A stretch of 63,634 nucleotides of DNA, the filler included, from Vannella sp. (lineage: Eukaryota), in the NCBI GenBank assembly GCA_023345925.1. It is 5 parts of 5 records of this genome, joined end to end, with 100 filler letters (N's around TTAATTAATTAA, not from the genome) between each part and the next. Parts side by side here need not be neighbours in the genome. Positions count along the whole stretch, not along the records: positions 1 to 21,600 come from JAJQQN010001103.1; 4 more parts are not named here. One strand, 5' to 3'. Positions 1 through 9,713 of this stretch are shown here, piece after piece (position 1 is the stretch's first letter; each line of letters begins with the position of its first letter). Both the position numbers and the translations under genes were made by a program. The notes beneath the pieces are model-generated. The model did not search any database. It saw only the letters and a program-made list of their open reading frames with translations, and was not told where the DNA came from.

Positions 1-441
1 GAAAATCTTTGTTCAATCACTGAATACGGCTACCCAAATAGAAATGGCCGCAACGTTATAAACATAATCCGCGCCACTCCAAGCAGCTTGTCACTCGCGA
101 GTGAGTTGGCTCGGTTCATGCAAACGAGCGAAACAAACATGTTTTATCTTATTACTGTTTATTCAGGGCTCCAGAGAGCACTCAACACCAAAGAGATGTT
201 CCCTAAATAATACAGAAACCTTTCTAAAAGGTGCTTCAAACAATTATGCGATTTGCCAGATTGCAAACTCCTTTAGGGATCCGTTTGATTGTTACCTCCA
301 TAAGATCTGAGGTAGAAAAGTCAGAGCTCTCTTCTCGGGATCAAAGAAAGGACGGTAAGATAAAGCGAGTTAGAGGGGAGAGCTTTAAAGCAGAAGTAAG
401 CGGACTTTGAGGCATTCGCCATGAGTTGAGAGTCTGAGTTC

Positions 442-1563
442 TCAAAGGTGTTGCCAGCGGGTATGGACTAAAGTGGGTCCAGCTTCATCATAATCTCCTT
501 TTGAGATGAAAAGGTTCTCTTTGGGAGAGGAAGCCAGAACAGAACCTCCAATCCAGACAGAAATCTTTCTCTCAGGGGGTGCCACGACCTTTGTAATAAC
601 GCTGGGAGGAACCAATGCCTCTAAGTCCTTCTGAAGGCGCTCAGAGAAGCCAGGGAGCATCGTATTTCCCCCTGAAACCAGCACATTGCTAAACAATTGA
701 CTCCTCAGGTCCATATCACAGCTCATGGTAGACTTTAGCACCAGTTCAGGGATACTTGGTAAGCTTATTTCGATCAATTCTGGTTGGAAGAGAGCTTCGG
801 CACAACGGAACCGCTCATCATTGATGGTGACGGTTTGCCCATCGGGAAGTTCGTAGGTCTTCTCCAGTTGAGAAAAGCAGCGAGAAACCTTTAGCTCAGC
901 TTCAAAGTCGAGGGCCACATAAGCGTGCTTCTCTTTCATCTCACGGACGATCTCCAAGTCACTCGAACTCTGGAGGTATTGGCCTCGCTCAGTGAGAAGC
1001 ACTGAAAGGTAGTTTGTGAGATCCCTGCCTCCCATATTGACTCTTTGTATGGCATGGCGGAGGACTTTACCCTCATGAATTGGGACAACATGAGTGACCC
1101 CACCGCCAGAACACAGACAGACGCCAGTTTTTCTTCCATTGGCGTAAAGAGCCAGTGCACCTTCATTCTCCATGGCCAATGCAGGCACTCCGAAGGTCTC
1201 CATCATCAACTCCAAGGTTTTCTCGCGGTCCCTACGTGGGGTCATCGGGGCATCAGTGAGAAGGAGAGCCTGTTCCTCCGGAGCGACCCGAAGCTCATTG
1301 TAAAAGGTGTTATGATAGAGCTTCTCCACGATTTCCCAGTCTTTCACAATGCCATGTTCAATGGGGTAGTGCAGGGACAACAAACCTCTCCTTTCTTGTA
1401 CCACGTCTCCAATGTTACTGGACACACCCATGCCCACCATTAACATTGGAAAGCGCTCTCTTCCCTCCACTGCACTGAATACTGCTCGGGGAGCATCATC
1501 TCCGGCGAACCCAGCCTTCCAAGAGCTGCTCCCCTTGTCGATGACCAACGCCGGATCTTCCAT
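442..1563 (-). CDS. Divergent actin / actin-like protein, intronless
   Basis: Actin signatures KAGFAGDDAPRAVF, YPIEHGIV, HNTFYNELRVAPEE, YELPDGQ, PPERKISVWIGGSVLAS. First ATG at 1563 (MEDPALVIDKGS). Confidence 0.93.
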   Translation of the reverse strand: MEDPALVIDKGSSSWKAGFAGDDAPRAVFSAVEGRERFPMLMVGMGVSSNIGDVVQERRGLLSLHYPIEHGIVKDWEIVEKLYHNTFYNELRVAPEEQALLLTDAPMTPRRDREKTLELMMETFGVPALAMENEGALALYANGRKTGVCLCSGGGVTHVVPIHEGKVLRHAIQRVNMGGRDLTNYLSVLLTERGQYLQSSSDLEIVREMKEKHAYVALDFEAELKVSRCFSQLEKTYELPDGQTVTINDERFRCAEALFQPELIEISLPSIPELVLKSTMSCDMDLRSQLFSNVLVSGGNTMLPGFSERLQKDLEALVPPSVITKVVAPPERKISVWIGGSVLASSPKENLFISKGDYDEAGPTLVHTRWQHL

Positions 1564-1906
1564 CTTCCAAAACAATGCGCAAAAGTGAATCCGAAAAATG
1601 CTTTGAATGAGAAATTGAATTTCTGTTTTAACGATACGAAAGAAATCAAGTGAATCCCACTAAACAAGCATTTTGAGTCACCTGCCAATGCGCACAAACA
1701 AAGATGACACAACGGCACTGTCCTCTGCAATGCAGTCAAGGAAGTAACGCATGCTGACGCTCTTTCCTGATTTATAGCGACTTGGCCGCTTACTTGGTCG
1801 ATTGGCAAAGTGCTGTCCCGCTCAAAGCATGTCACTGACTGGGCAGGAGGACAGAAAGGAGCTTCCCCTTCGTACAATGACATTCTGTTAGTTTTTGCAA
1901 ACATTA

Positions 1907-2294
1907 TGGAAGTGTTTGCACCCCTAATGCGCTCTCAACACACCGCCATCTCACTATACACCCTTCTACTCTCGCTTGAAGAGATAGAGCTTGGTCACTT
2001 GTTCCAGGCTTTCAGTCTCTGCTTAGTTGACGAAAAGGAAATTGCTATTTCTTGAAGAGCCTTCTTGGATGCATTGTGTACTACTCCCGCATCGCCTCCT
2101 GGGTGCCTCCCTCGAATGGTTCCACTCCGATGGTTCAGCTGTTCCACCGATTGGCACAAATTGATTTGGTCGCGTCCTTCCTTGAGAAACAAGATGATGC
2201 TGTGATTGATAACGAATTTATGCCCGAAATGTTCGGAATTTCAGTGGGACATCCCTCCTCCCTGAAGGGCTGGGTTTATACACGTCAGTGCTGA
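1907..2294 (+). pseudogene. Possible frameshifted SAM-like domain remnant
   Basis: Two abutting ORFs (1810-2055, 2052-2294) in different frames. LEEIELGHLFQAF and EMFGISVGH resemble SAM-domain motifs. Weak. Confidence 0.25.
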
Positions 2295-2624
2295 TTCACA
2301 GTATCAGCTCAAAGGAGGATACAAAGCGTTGGTAAGTGGCCCCTCCTGCCCGCCTTGGAGTCGACACTGGAATCGGATTTTTATATATGTTATTTAGGTT
2401 TTTTTCAACTTTTCGTCCCATGCGCGATCAGTCGCCCAGGCTCCCGTGGATTCTCTGCAAATGAGGGCATTTCCTCTCATTCTCACCCTTTGAATGCATC
2501 ATCAGAAGCTACCCAAGGTCCCAATTAGTTCCCAAGAATGGTGAAACACCATGAATAACCAAATTGAGGTTTTTAGTTGCAACACTTGATAACGGGAAAA
2601 AAGAGAAATGGAGGAAGTCAGAGG

Positions 2625-5279
2625 TTAGTGAATGATCCCAAAGATGCCACAGCAGTGGAGTCCTTCAGAATCGAGGCCAAGCTTGAAGTTGATTCGGTCT
2701 CCCAGTTGGATTTCTGGCAAGTTGCTCGTCACTGTCAAATGGACACCAAGTAGAGAGCAACGGATCCCTTCACCAGTCCAGATACCAGTGAACGTGTAGT
2801 AATCCGACATGAGCCCGACAATGTAAGGGCGAAGAACATTGGGATGGACTTGGAACCCAGAGAATGCCAGTCCAGGGACTTGTTGGTGGGATCTTACAAA
2901 GTATTGAAGAGACTTCTTCTGGGTTCGGAAGTTGGCAGACCAAGTCAGCACTTCTCTCAGTTGCTCATGGAATTGAGACTCTCCAGGATGATTGATGCAG
3001 TCCCACACACTCATCATTACCACAGAAAGGACAAAAGATCCATTCACATCCATTCCCAGCGGGGAATCAAGAATGCCTTGGCGAGTTTGAAGCAACTTGG
3101 AAAGACATTCCCCACCAATTGGCCGAGTAGCCATTCTCTTGGAAGAAGTGCTTTGGCGGATGATGTCCAGCAGTAAGGCATTGCGCTCAGAGGCCTTCTT
3201 GGAAGCAGTGAAATTGTCGAGAGCGCATTGGAGAGGGTCGAGTCTGTTCGATGAGGACAGGACTGGCTTCCGAACGCCACTTGGTTGGATGAGTTGGAGA
3301 ATCTGACTGCGAATGTTTCGGAGTCTTTGCGAGGACTCCAACATGCGACCGCGCTCCAAAGAGCTGGAGATGAATGGGCGGGACGCAATGAAGGAGTGAC
3401 AAGCGTTGTACAACAGAGTCACTCTACGGAGCATCTCTCCCACTTGCTGTCGGATAACATCGTCACGAGGATCTTGCACCTCGCTGCAATTGAGCACATT
3501 TGCGTCCTTCCCTCCGCAGCGGCTCGCTCGGAATGTCCAAATGTACATCATCGCCATTGCCATCTGAGCAATCAATGGAACAGTCAGATTTTGCTCCTGT
3601 CTAGAAGTACAAGAGTGGAGGTAGTGCTTTCCTCTGACAAGAATCTGTTGCATTTCAGCGCTCTTATCAAAGTAGGAAATTCCTCGGCATTCTCGGACAT
3701 TCCATGTGATGTAGTTTTCTAGTCTCAACTTCTCTAGCAATCCCCGTCGCAGTTGAACCTTGTAATGGTCGTCTCTTCCAATCTCATCCAGAACAGTGGA
3801 AGCCATGTTAAGCAATCGATTAGAGGCGAGGCCGTTAGCCTGCTCCTTCACTCTAGTACTGATGATTCTCGCGCAATTGGTGCCAAAGCTGACTTGAGTT
3901 TCACTGCATTCAGAATAGACTCGAGTCAGAGACCTGAGATAGGAAACAGATCTCTCGAAGGGCAAGAAGCTCTTCACCAGAAAGCAAATTGTGATAGGCA
4001 GAGAGTTGCTGTCCTCAGCGTCTCGGATTTGAATGGGATGGGCCGCTGAGAAATAGCAGAAGGAATGCAAAAAGATCTGTCTCAGATCATCTTGGCAGAA
4101 ATCACTGTCACCAGCAATGTGAATCAGGAGTTCAATAGTGCCTTGGAGAGAAGAAAGGTCCTCTGGTGCGTCGGAGAACATTCGGCGCTGTCCTAGCAAA
4201 GCATAAGCAATGTGAGGTGCCGGAATACACACGAATTCATCGTCACTGGCTGCCAGCAGGGTGCGGAGTGGCTTGCTGAGCCCAAGCACAGAGTCACAAT
4301 CCCCCAAAATGCGGCGAACAATGGCCAAAGAGACTCGCTCATGCGGAGAGAACATGGCCACAAACAGGCAAACCTTCACCAGAGAGATTTCAGCCTCATC
4401 CAGATTATCCAGAGTTCGAGAAACGATCTGACGGCGTTCCTCCATCGCCATTTCGGTCCAAAAGTAGAGAACCAGGCCTTGACAAGTCATGTTCTCCAGA
4501 GAACAACGGAAGGGACTGATTTCCAGGCCTGACTCAATGCAGCTCTTCACAGAATGGAATTCCTGAGGCCAAAAGCCTTCTTCAAGGAGCTGGGAGTCCT
4601 CTGACAGGCAGAATTGACTTCGCTCCGACTCGGACTTGATCCTGCTCCAGCTGAGCATGGAAGTGTTTGGGTCCAAGAAGCTTCCATGAGAGACCTTGCG
4701 AGTTCCATAAGCCTGGCGGAAGTCACGAAGCTTGGACTCGCGAGTGTACTGGAATTGGCTGGTGCAAGAGGGAGATTGACGAGCTTCGCGGACGACAAGC
4801 AGGACAGATGCACTGGCACACTCTCCCCTGATGATTGAAAGCATCTGTTGAATGGCAGCAGCAGTCAAGTCCGTCTCGATGTCGAGGAAGAAGAGAGGGC
4901 GGAGCCCGTTTGCCTTCACGGGCTCAAGCAGTTGGCGGATGTGGCCTGAGTTGAAGCACTCTGGAGGGTTAACGATGGAGAACACCGTTCTGAGAGTCTT
5001 CAGAGCGAGCAAAGCAATGGTAGAGCCTCCAGAAGAGGGAGGGGCAACCAATACGGTGGTATTGCCTTCAGGGCGAGTCTGCTGCAAGGAGATAACGAGC
5101 TTGGATACCACTGCAGGGCGGAACTGGCCCGGAGGGACCTTAGGACCGGGACGAGTAGGAGACTGGTTGCTCTTAGGCTTGTTAGGAGCGACCTTGAGAC
5201 AAGAAGAAGCGGGCGAGCGGTTGACAATTGGCTTGTTCGCTGGAGCGACATGTTGAGAAGACTTTCGTGTTCTAACCAT
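2625..5279 (-). CDS. SAMD9-like protein: degenerate STAND-type P-loop NTPase, helical region, C-terminal OB-fold-like end
   Basis: ~884-aa intronless ORF. VLVAPPSSGGSTIALLALKTLR resembles the SAMD9 P-loop (PGxGGTTLAxxxLWxLR). LFFLDIE is at the Walker-B position. C-terminal DRINFKLGLDSEGLHCCGI resembles the SAMD9 end (RVSFYLGFSxxGPLAYDI). Confidence 0.55.
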   Translation of the reverse strand: MVRTRKSSQHVAPANKPIVNRSPASSCLKVAPNKPKSNQSPTRPGPKVPPGQFRPAVVSKLVISLQQTRPEGNTTVLVAPPSSGGSTIALLALKTLRTVFSIVNPPECFNSGHIRQLLEPVKANGLRPLFFLDIETDLTAAAIQQMLSIIRGECASASVLLVVREARQSPSCTSQFQYTRESKLRDFRQAYGTRKVSHGSFLDPNTSMLSWSRIKSESERSQFCLSEDSQLLEEGFWPQEFHSVKSCIESGLEISPFRCSLENMTCQGLVLYFWTEMAMEERRQIVSRTLDNLDEAEISLVKVCLFVAMFSPHERVSLAIVRRILGDCDSVLGLSKPLRTLLAASDDEFVCIPAPHIAYALLGQRRMFSDAPEDLSSLQGTIELLIHIAGDSDFCQDDLRQIFLHSFCYFSAAHPIQIRDAEDSNSLPITICFLVKSFLPFERSVSYLRSLTRVYSECSETQVSFGTNCARIISTRVKEQANGLASNRLLNMASTVLDEIGRDDHYKVQLRRGLLEKLRLENYITWNVRECRGISYFDKSAEMQQILVRGKHYLHSCTSRQEQNLTVPLIAQMAMAMMYIWTFRASRCGGKDANVLNCSEVQDPRDDVIRQQVGEMLRRVTLLYNACHSFIASRPFISSSLERGRMLESSQRLRNIRSQILQLIQPSGVRKPVLSSSNRLDPLQCALDNFTASKKASERNALLLDIIRQSTSSKRMATRPIGGECLSKLLQTRQGILDSPLGMDVNGSFVLSVVMMSVWDCINHPGESQFHEQLREVLTWSANFRTQKKSLQYFVRSHQQVPGLAFSGFQVHPNVLRPYIVGLMSDYYTFTGIWTGEGIRCSLLGVHLTVTSNLPEIQLGDRINFKLGLDSEGLHCCGIFGIIH

Positions 5280-5505
5280 TGTAACCAAGAAGATATGAGC
5301 TCCTTTCCATCGTCCTTGTCTTAAATCACCTTCTCAGTTCCCGGCAAGCAGGGAAATGACCTCGAAAGGGAACTGAGAGGGTGAAATGAAAGGTGAAATG
5401 AAAGGTGAACCTTGTTTTATTGTTTGGAGTTTCACATTGCGACTACACAAATTGTTAGGAAGGTAGAATTCATTCACGAGAGTCTAGTTTATCATTTTTT
5501 TGGGA

Positions 5506-6789
5506 ATGTCGTGTCCTTACGCACGTGACGTTGAAAGAGGCCAATCGGAAGAAGCGGACGAGAAGTAGGTGGCTCCCTCTGGATGAGGGAATCAGGAGGA
5601 TTGAATCTGTTGGGTTAGGAGGGAGGCCGAGGAACTGGCTGCGGAGTTTCGCGCTGTGAAAGCACGAGGACCCCGAGAGGATGTGGATTACTCAACCTAC
5701 CTTCAGCTAGACAAGATACTCAACGCTCAAGACTTGGCAAGTGAGGCGGACGAGAGCACGCCCACAGCCCATACGGAGATGCTCTTCATCATCACTCACC
5801 AAACCTACGAGCTCTGGTTCAAGCAGATCCTACACGAGTTGGACTCTGTCATTCGCATCTTCACACAGGACTTTGTGAACGGCAACCAGCTGCTCCTCGC
5901 AGCCTCGCGCCTGGAACGAGTAACAGAGATCCAAAGAATCCTCATCGATCAGATCCGTGTGCTGGAGACGATGACTCCCATGGAGTTCTTAGACTTTAGG
6001 CACCTCCTCACACCTGCCTCTGGCTTCCAAAGCCTTCAATTCCGTCTGATTGAGAACAAGCTCGGTCTAGCATACCGTGTGAAGTACCAGAACAAGGACA
6101 TTGCAGAGAGCTTCACTCAGAAGGATGAGAAAGAGCTTACAGAGTCCATGCGGGAGACCCTCTTCGCCTCTATTGAGAAGTGGCTGGCTCGCATGCCGTT
6201 CGTGGAGGAAGAGAACTTCACCTTCTGGAGCGAGTACCGATCTGCTGTTGATCGCATGCTCGGTGCTGAGCTTGAGGCGATCAAGATGCACTCATCCGAG
6301 ACAGTGGAAGACGAGGAGACGGGCGAGGTCAAGCGAAACCCGATCTTCGTCCGGCATGAGAAGACAGAGCAGTTCTTCCATGACATGTTCGACGAGAAGA
6401 AGTACAACGAACTGGTAGAGCGAGGAGATCGTCGACTATCCTACCGAGCCTGCCAGTCTGCCCTCTTCATCTACGCCTATCGTGAGCAGCCCGCTTTGCA
6501 GCTTCCCTACCGCATTCTCAACACTCTCACGGAGATCGATGAAAGCCTGATCACATGGCGCTTCCGCCACGTCATGATGGTGCAGCGTATGATCGGAATG
6601 AAGACCGGAACGGGAGGATCCAGCGGATACTATTACCTCCGCAGCACCGTCTCCGATCGGTACAAGATCTTCCTGGACTTTATGACGCTTTCCACGTACA
6701 TCATCCCGCAAACGGCTCTTCCCAAATTACCAGAGGCCATGGAGAGGCGACTGGGATTTGCCTACATGAATTATCCTCTTTCTGTTTAA
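5506..6789 (+). CDS. TDO2: Tryptophan 2,3-dioxygenase
   Basis: Exon 1 MSCPY... at 5506-5564; intron 5565-5618 (gtaggt..ttag) restores frame. Motifs YLQLDKILNAQ, HTEMLFIITHQTYELWFKQI, PASGFQSLQFRLIENKLG, GTGGSSGYYYL. Confidence 0.97.
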
Positions 6790-7271
6790 CTTCCTGTGGA
6801 CAGAATTTGTGTGGACAATGGTGGTGTCATTGAGAACAACCACGTTTCCTTCAATTGGCGTAACATAAAGAAGAGCCATCTGGTCCAGATCACATTAATA
6901 CTTCTGAGGCACTGAGATTGGACTGCACCAGGGGTTGAGAGTGAAGAGTGATTGTTCGGCAGAGGAAAGAGTGACTTCCCGAAGGCTTCCCGCCCTTTTG
7001 ACCATATCCTCAGGAGACTTGATTGCAGGGCTCCCATATAAGTTATAGATTCGTTCATTTTAGCTCTTCTGGTTGCAATGGCCTGCAATGTAACTTTGAC
7101 TCCCAATGAAGATACATGTCAATGCCCCAGATTCAAGCTGGCCCTTCCCGGTCTTTCTTCTTTTTGTCACCTGAAATCAGCTTCAAGAGGAGCTAATGCA
7201 GCAAAGTCATTGGTGAATCTCTCAAATTGGGCACGGGCCAAGTGTCACCGTTATTTTATGGTAGAAGGGAG

Positions 7272-8747
7272 TTAGGAGCGGATAGAGAGAGTTCTGAAAG
7301 TATGTACAAGTGCTGCTACCATGTCGTCCATGATCTGGTCGGTGTGGAATGGTCCCGGTGTGAGCCGGAATCTTTCTGTGCCAACAGCCACAGTCGGATA
7401 GTTGATAGGCTGTACGTAGATGTTGAATTGGTTCATTAGGATATCACTCGCCTCCTTACAGAGCCTTGCATTCCCTATCAGAACCGGAATAATGTGAGAG
7501 GCGGTCTCCATTACTGGAAGTCCCGCCTGCATGAGCTTGCGTTTCATTGTTGTGTATCTCTCTTTGTGCTTGTCTCTCTCCTCTCTGGATTTCTTCAAAT
7601 GGCGAACACTGGCCAGAGCGCCAGCTACAACAACGGGAGGCAACGAGGTAGTGAAGATGAATCCAGCAGCGGTTGAGCGAATGGCGTCAATGAACCGTGA
7701 AGAGGCAGCAATGTAGCCTCCGTAGACTCCGTAGGCTTTACCGAGGGTACCAGAGACGATATCGAGCTCGAGAGCGACGCCTTCGCGCTCAGCGATTCCA
7801 GCTCCTCGAGGGCCATAAAGGCCGACTGCATGGACCTCATCGATGAAGGTGAGGGCATTGTACTTGCGGGCGAGTTGGCAGATCTCTTTGATAGGCGCCA
7901 CACTCCCGTCCATGGAGTAAACCGACTCGAAGATGATCAACTTGGGCGTTTCCAAAGCCTCCTTCTTCAGAAGCTCTTCCAAGTGTGTAAGAGAGTTGTG
8001 TTTGAAGATGTTCTTCTGCAGACCTGAGTGGCGGATGCCCTCGATGATGGAAGCGTGGTTAGACTGGTCCGAGTAGATCACGGCGTGGGGAAGCAGCTTG
8101 CCAAAGGTTGAGATGGTAGAGGAGTTGGCTACATAGCAGGAAGAGAAGAGCAGAGCGCCCTCTTGTTGATGTAAATCCGCCAGCTCCGTCTCCAAGAGCC
8201 CATGAAGATACGTGTTTCCTGAGATGTTCCGGGTTCCACCGCTCCCAGTTCCAACGTTATTGATGGTGTTGGTCATCGCCTCGATGATAAGAGGGTGTTG
8301 GCCCATGCCGAGGTAGTCATTGGAACACCACATGGTGACAGGCGCTGTGGTTTGATCTTGTTTGTGGCGAATAGCGTAAGGGAACTGTCCCACTTGTCGT
8401 TGTAAGGGAATGAACTCCCTGTATCTCCCTTCTTGCTTTATGTTGTCGATGACCTTGGTGAAGATCGACTCGTAGTAGCTTGAGGGGACCAAAGACAGCT
8501 CGTCTCTCTTCATAGGTGATGAAGAGGAATAGGAACTAGCGGTCACCGTGCATTGATCACTGGCCCGAGCCACCTCCAGTTGAGTCGCCGTAGAAAGCGT
8601 AGAAGCAAAAGGGCAATGCGTCTGGAACAGCGAGAGACCAGTCTTGGTCAGTGTTGCCTCCGACAAGACCCTCTTCGATCCACGCGACAAGCTGGTTAGA
8701 AACGGACAAGCCCGCACGGTAGCCGTGCGCAGGTGACCCGCACTCAT
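7272..8747 (-). CDS. ALAS: 5-aminolevulinate synthase, mitochondrial
   Basis: [44 protein letters not shown] (PLP lysine), [11 protein letters not shown]-terminal CPF heme-regulatory motifs in a transit-like presequence. Confidence 0.97.
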   Translation of the reverse strand: MSAGHLRTATVRACPFLTSLSRGSKRVLSEATLTKTGLSLFQTHCPFASTLSTATQLEVARASDQCTVTASSYSSSSPMKRDELSLVPSSYYESIFTKVIDNIKQEGRYREFIPLQRQVGQFPYAIRHKQDQTTAPVTMWCSNDYLGMGQHPLIIEAMTNTINNVGTGSGGTRNISGNTYLHGLLETELADLHQQEGALLFSSCYVANSSTISTFGKLLPHAVIYSDQSNHASIIEGIRHSGLQKNIFKHNSLTHLEELLKKEALETPKLIIFESVYSMDGSVAPIKEICQLARKYNALTFIDEVHAVGLYGPRGAGIAEREGVALELDIVSGTLGKAYGVYGGYIAASSRFIDAIRSTAAGFIFTTSLPPVVVAGALASVRHLKKSREERDKHKERYTTMKRKLMQAGLPVMETASHIIPVLIGNARLCKEASDILMNQFNIYVQPINYPTVAVGTERFRLTPGPFHTDQIMDDMVAALVHTFRTLSIRS

Positions 8748-8819
8748 AAGGAATGAACCAACCAACCAATGAGCTCACGGTATCTACCAAAGGCGCTCTT
8801 TTGCGGAAATTCTTTTTAA

Positions 8820-9620
8820 TTAATTTTCGGGTTTGATTGATTTAACAGGAAGGCTGGGAGCATTGCTGGCAGAGCTTTCCAAAGGTGATTGAGGAGAGGG
8901 AAGAGAGCCGGTGGACGTTGTGAGGGAACGGGCGGAAGGCGGCAGCTGGACGAGGAGAAACTGGCCGTTTGTGAGAGCAAGGACTTCGGGGATGTTTTGT
9001 TTCCTTTTGGCTTGTATCTTCTTGCCGGTTTCGTACTTGTGGCCGGCGGAAAGGAGGGTTTGGCTGTAACTGACCGTTTGTTCGTCTTCCAGGAGAAAGG
9101 TGATGCGGAGGAGATGGGGGACTTTGGAGACTCGTTGTTTGGTCATTACGAGGTATACAGACACGTCCATGGGACGGTTGACTGTGAAGCGTATCATGGG
9201 ATGAGGTGGTGACCAGGACTTCTCGTCGAGGGCGTGGGTGGCGCAAGGGTAGATCGATTGGGACCCGGAGCACTCCACAACCACTTCAATAGATCTCACA
9301 CCTCCTTCATACACGTTCTTCATGAGAAGCTTCCTTCCTTTGCCCATAGCAGGGAAAGAGAAGAAGCTTGGTTCATATATCCCATGGCAGGAGGTCTTCT
9401 CCATACACCTCACCTGAGGGATACTCGCATCATCCAAGTCCACACGATCTTCCTCCTTCACCATAGCTTCCACTCCTTCTTCCACATACTCCAAGGAAGC
9501 CAAACTCGCCAATATCGCCAACTGAGCCATCAGGAGGAGGGAAAAATCCCAAAATTGAACCAATCCGCAAAGAAAGGTTACACATAATGGCGTAATTATC
9601 ACCATGGTGGTTTTCTTCAT
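8820..9620 (-). CDS. Hypothetical protein with hydrophobic N-terminus
   Basis: ~266-aa ORF filling the gap between two genes; hydrophobic N-terminal segments and S/P-rich tail. No family recognised; start uncertain. Confidence 0.5.
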   Translation of the reverse strand: MKKTTMVIITPLCVTFLCGLVQFWDFSLLLMAQLAILASLASLEYVEEGVEAMVKEEDRVDLDDASIPQVRCMEKTSCHGIYEPSFFSFPAMGKGRKLLMKNVYEGGVRSIEVVVECSGSQSIYPCATHALDEKSWSPPHPMIRFTVNRPMDVSVYLVMTKQRVSKVPHLLRITFLLEDEQTVSYSQTLLSAGHKYETGKKIQAKRKQNIPEVLALTNGQFLLVQLPPSARSLTTSTGSLPSPQSPLESSASNAPSLPVKSIKPEN

Positions 9621-9713
9621 CAAACCAACCACTCGGCTGTAAAAAGGTAAGGAAAGTACAATTCATTCGACAATGGGAAATTTGAGCGACGGAAGGTTTG
9701 GGATCATTGTTTG

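Noticed and set aside
5381..5409. 12-nt tandem repeat between divergent genes
   Set aside because: Only about 2.5 copies; no support for a regulatory role.
5506..8747. TDO (heme enzyme) next to ALA synthase as a functional cluster
   Set aside because: A single convergent pair in a gene-dense genome; there is no evidence beyond adjacency.
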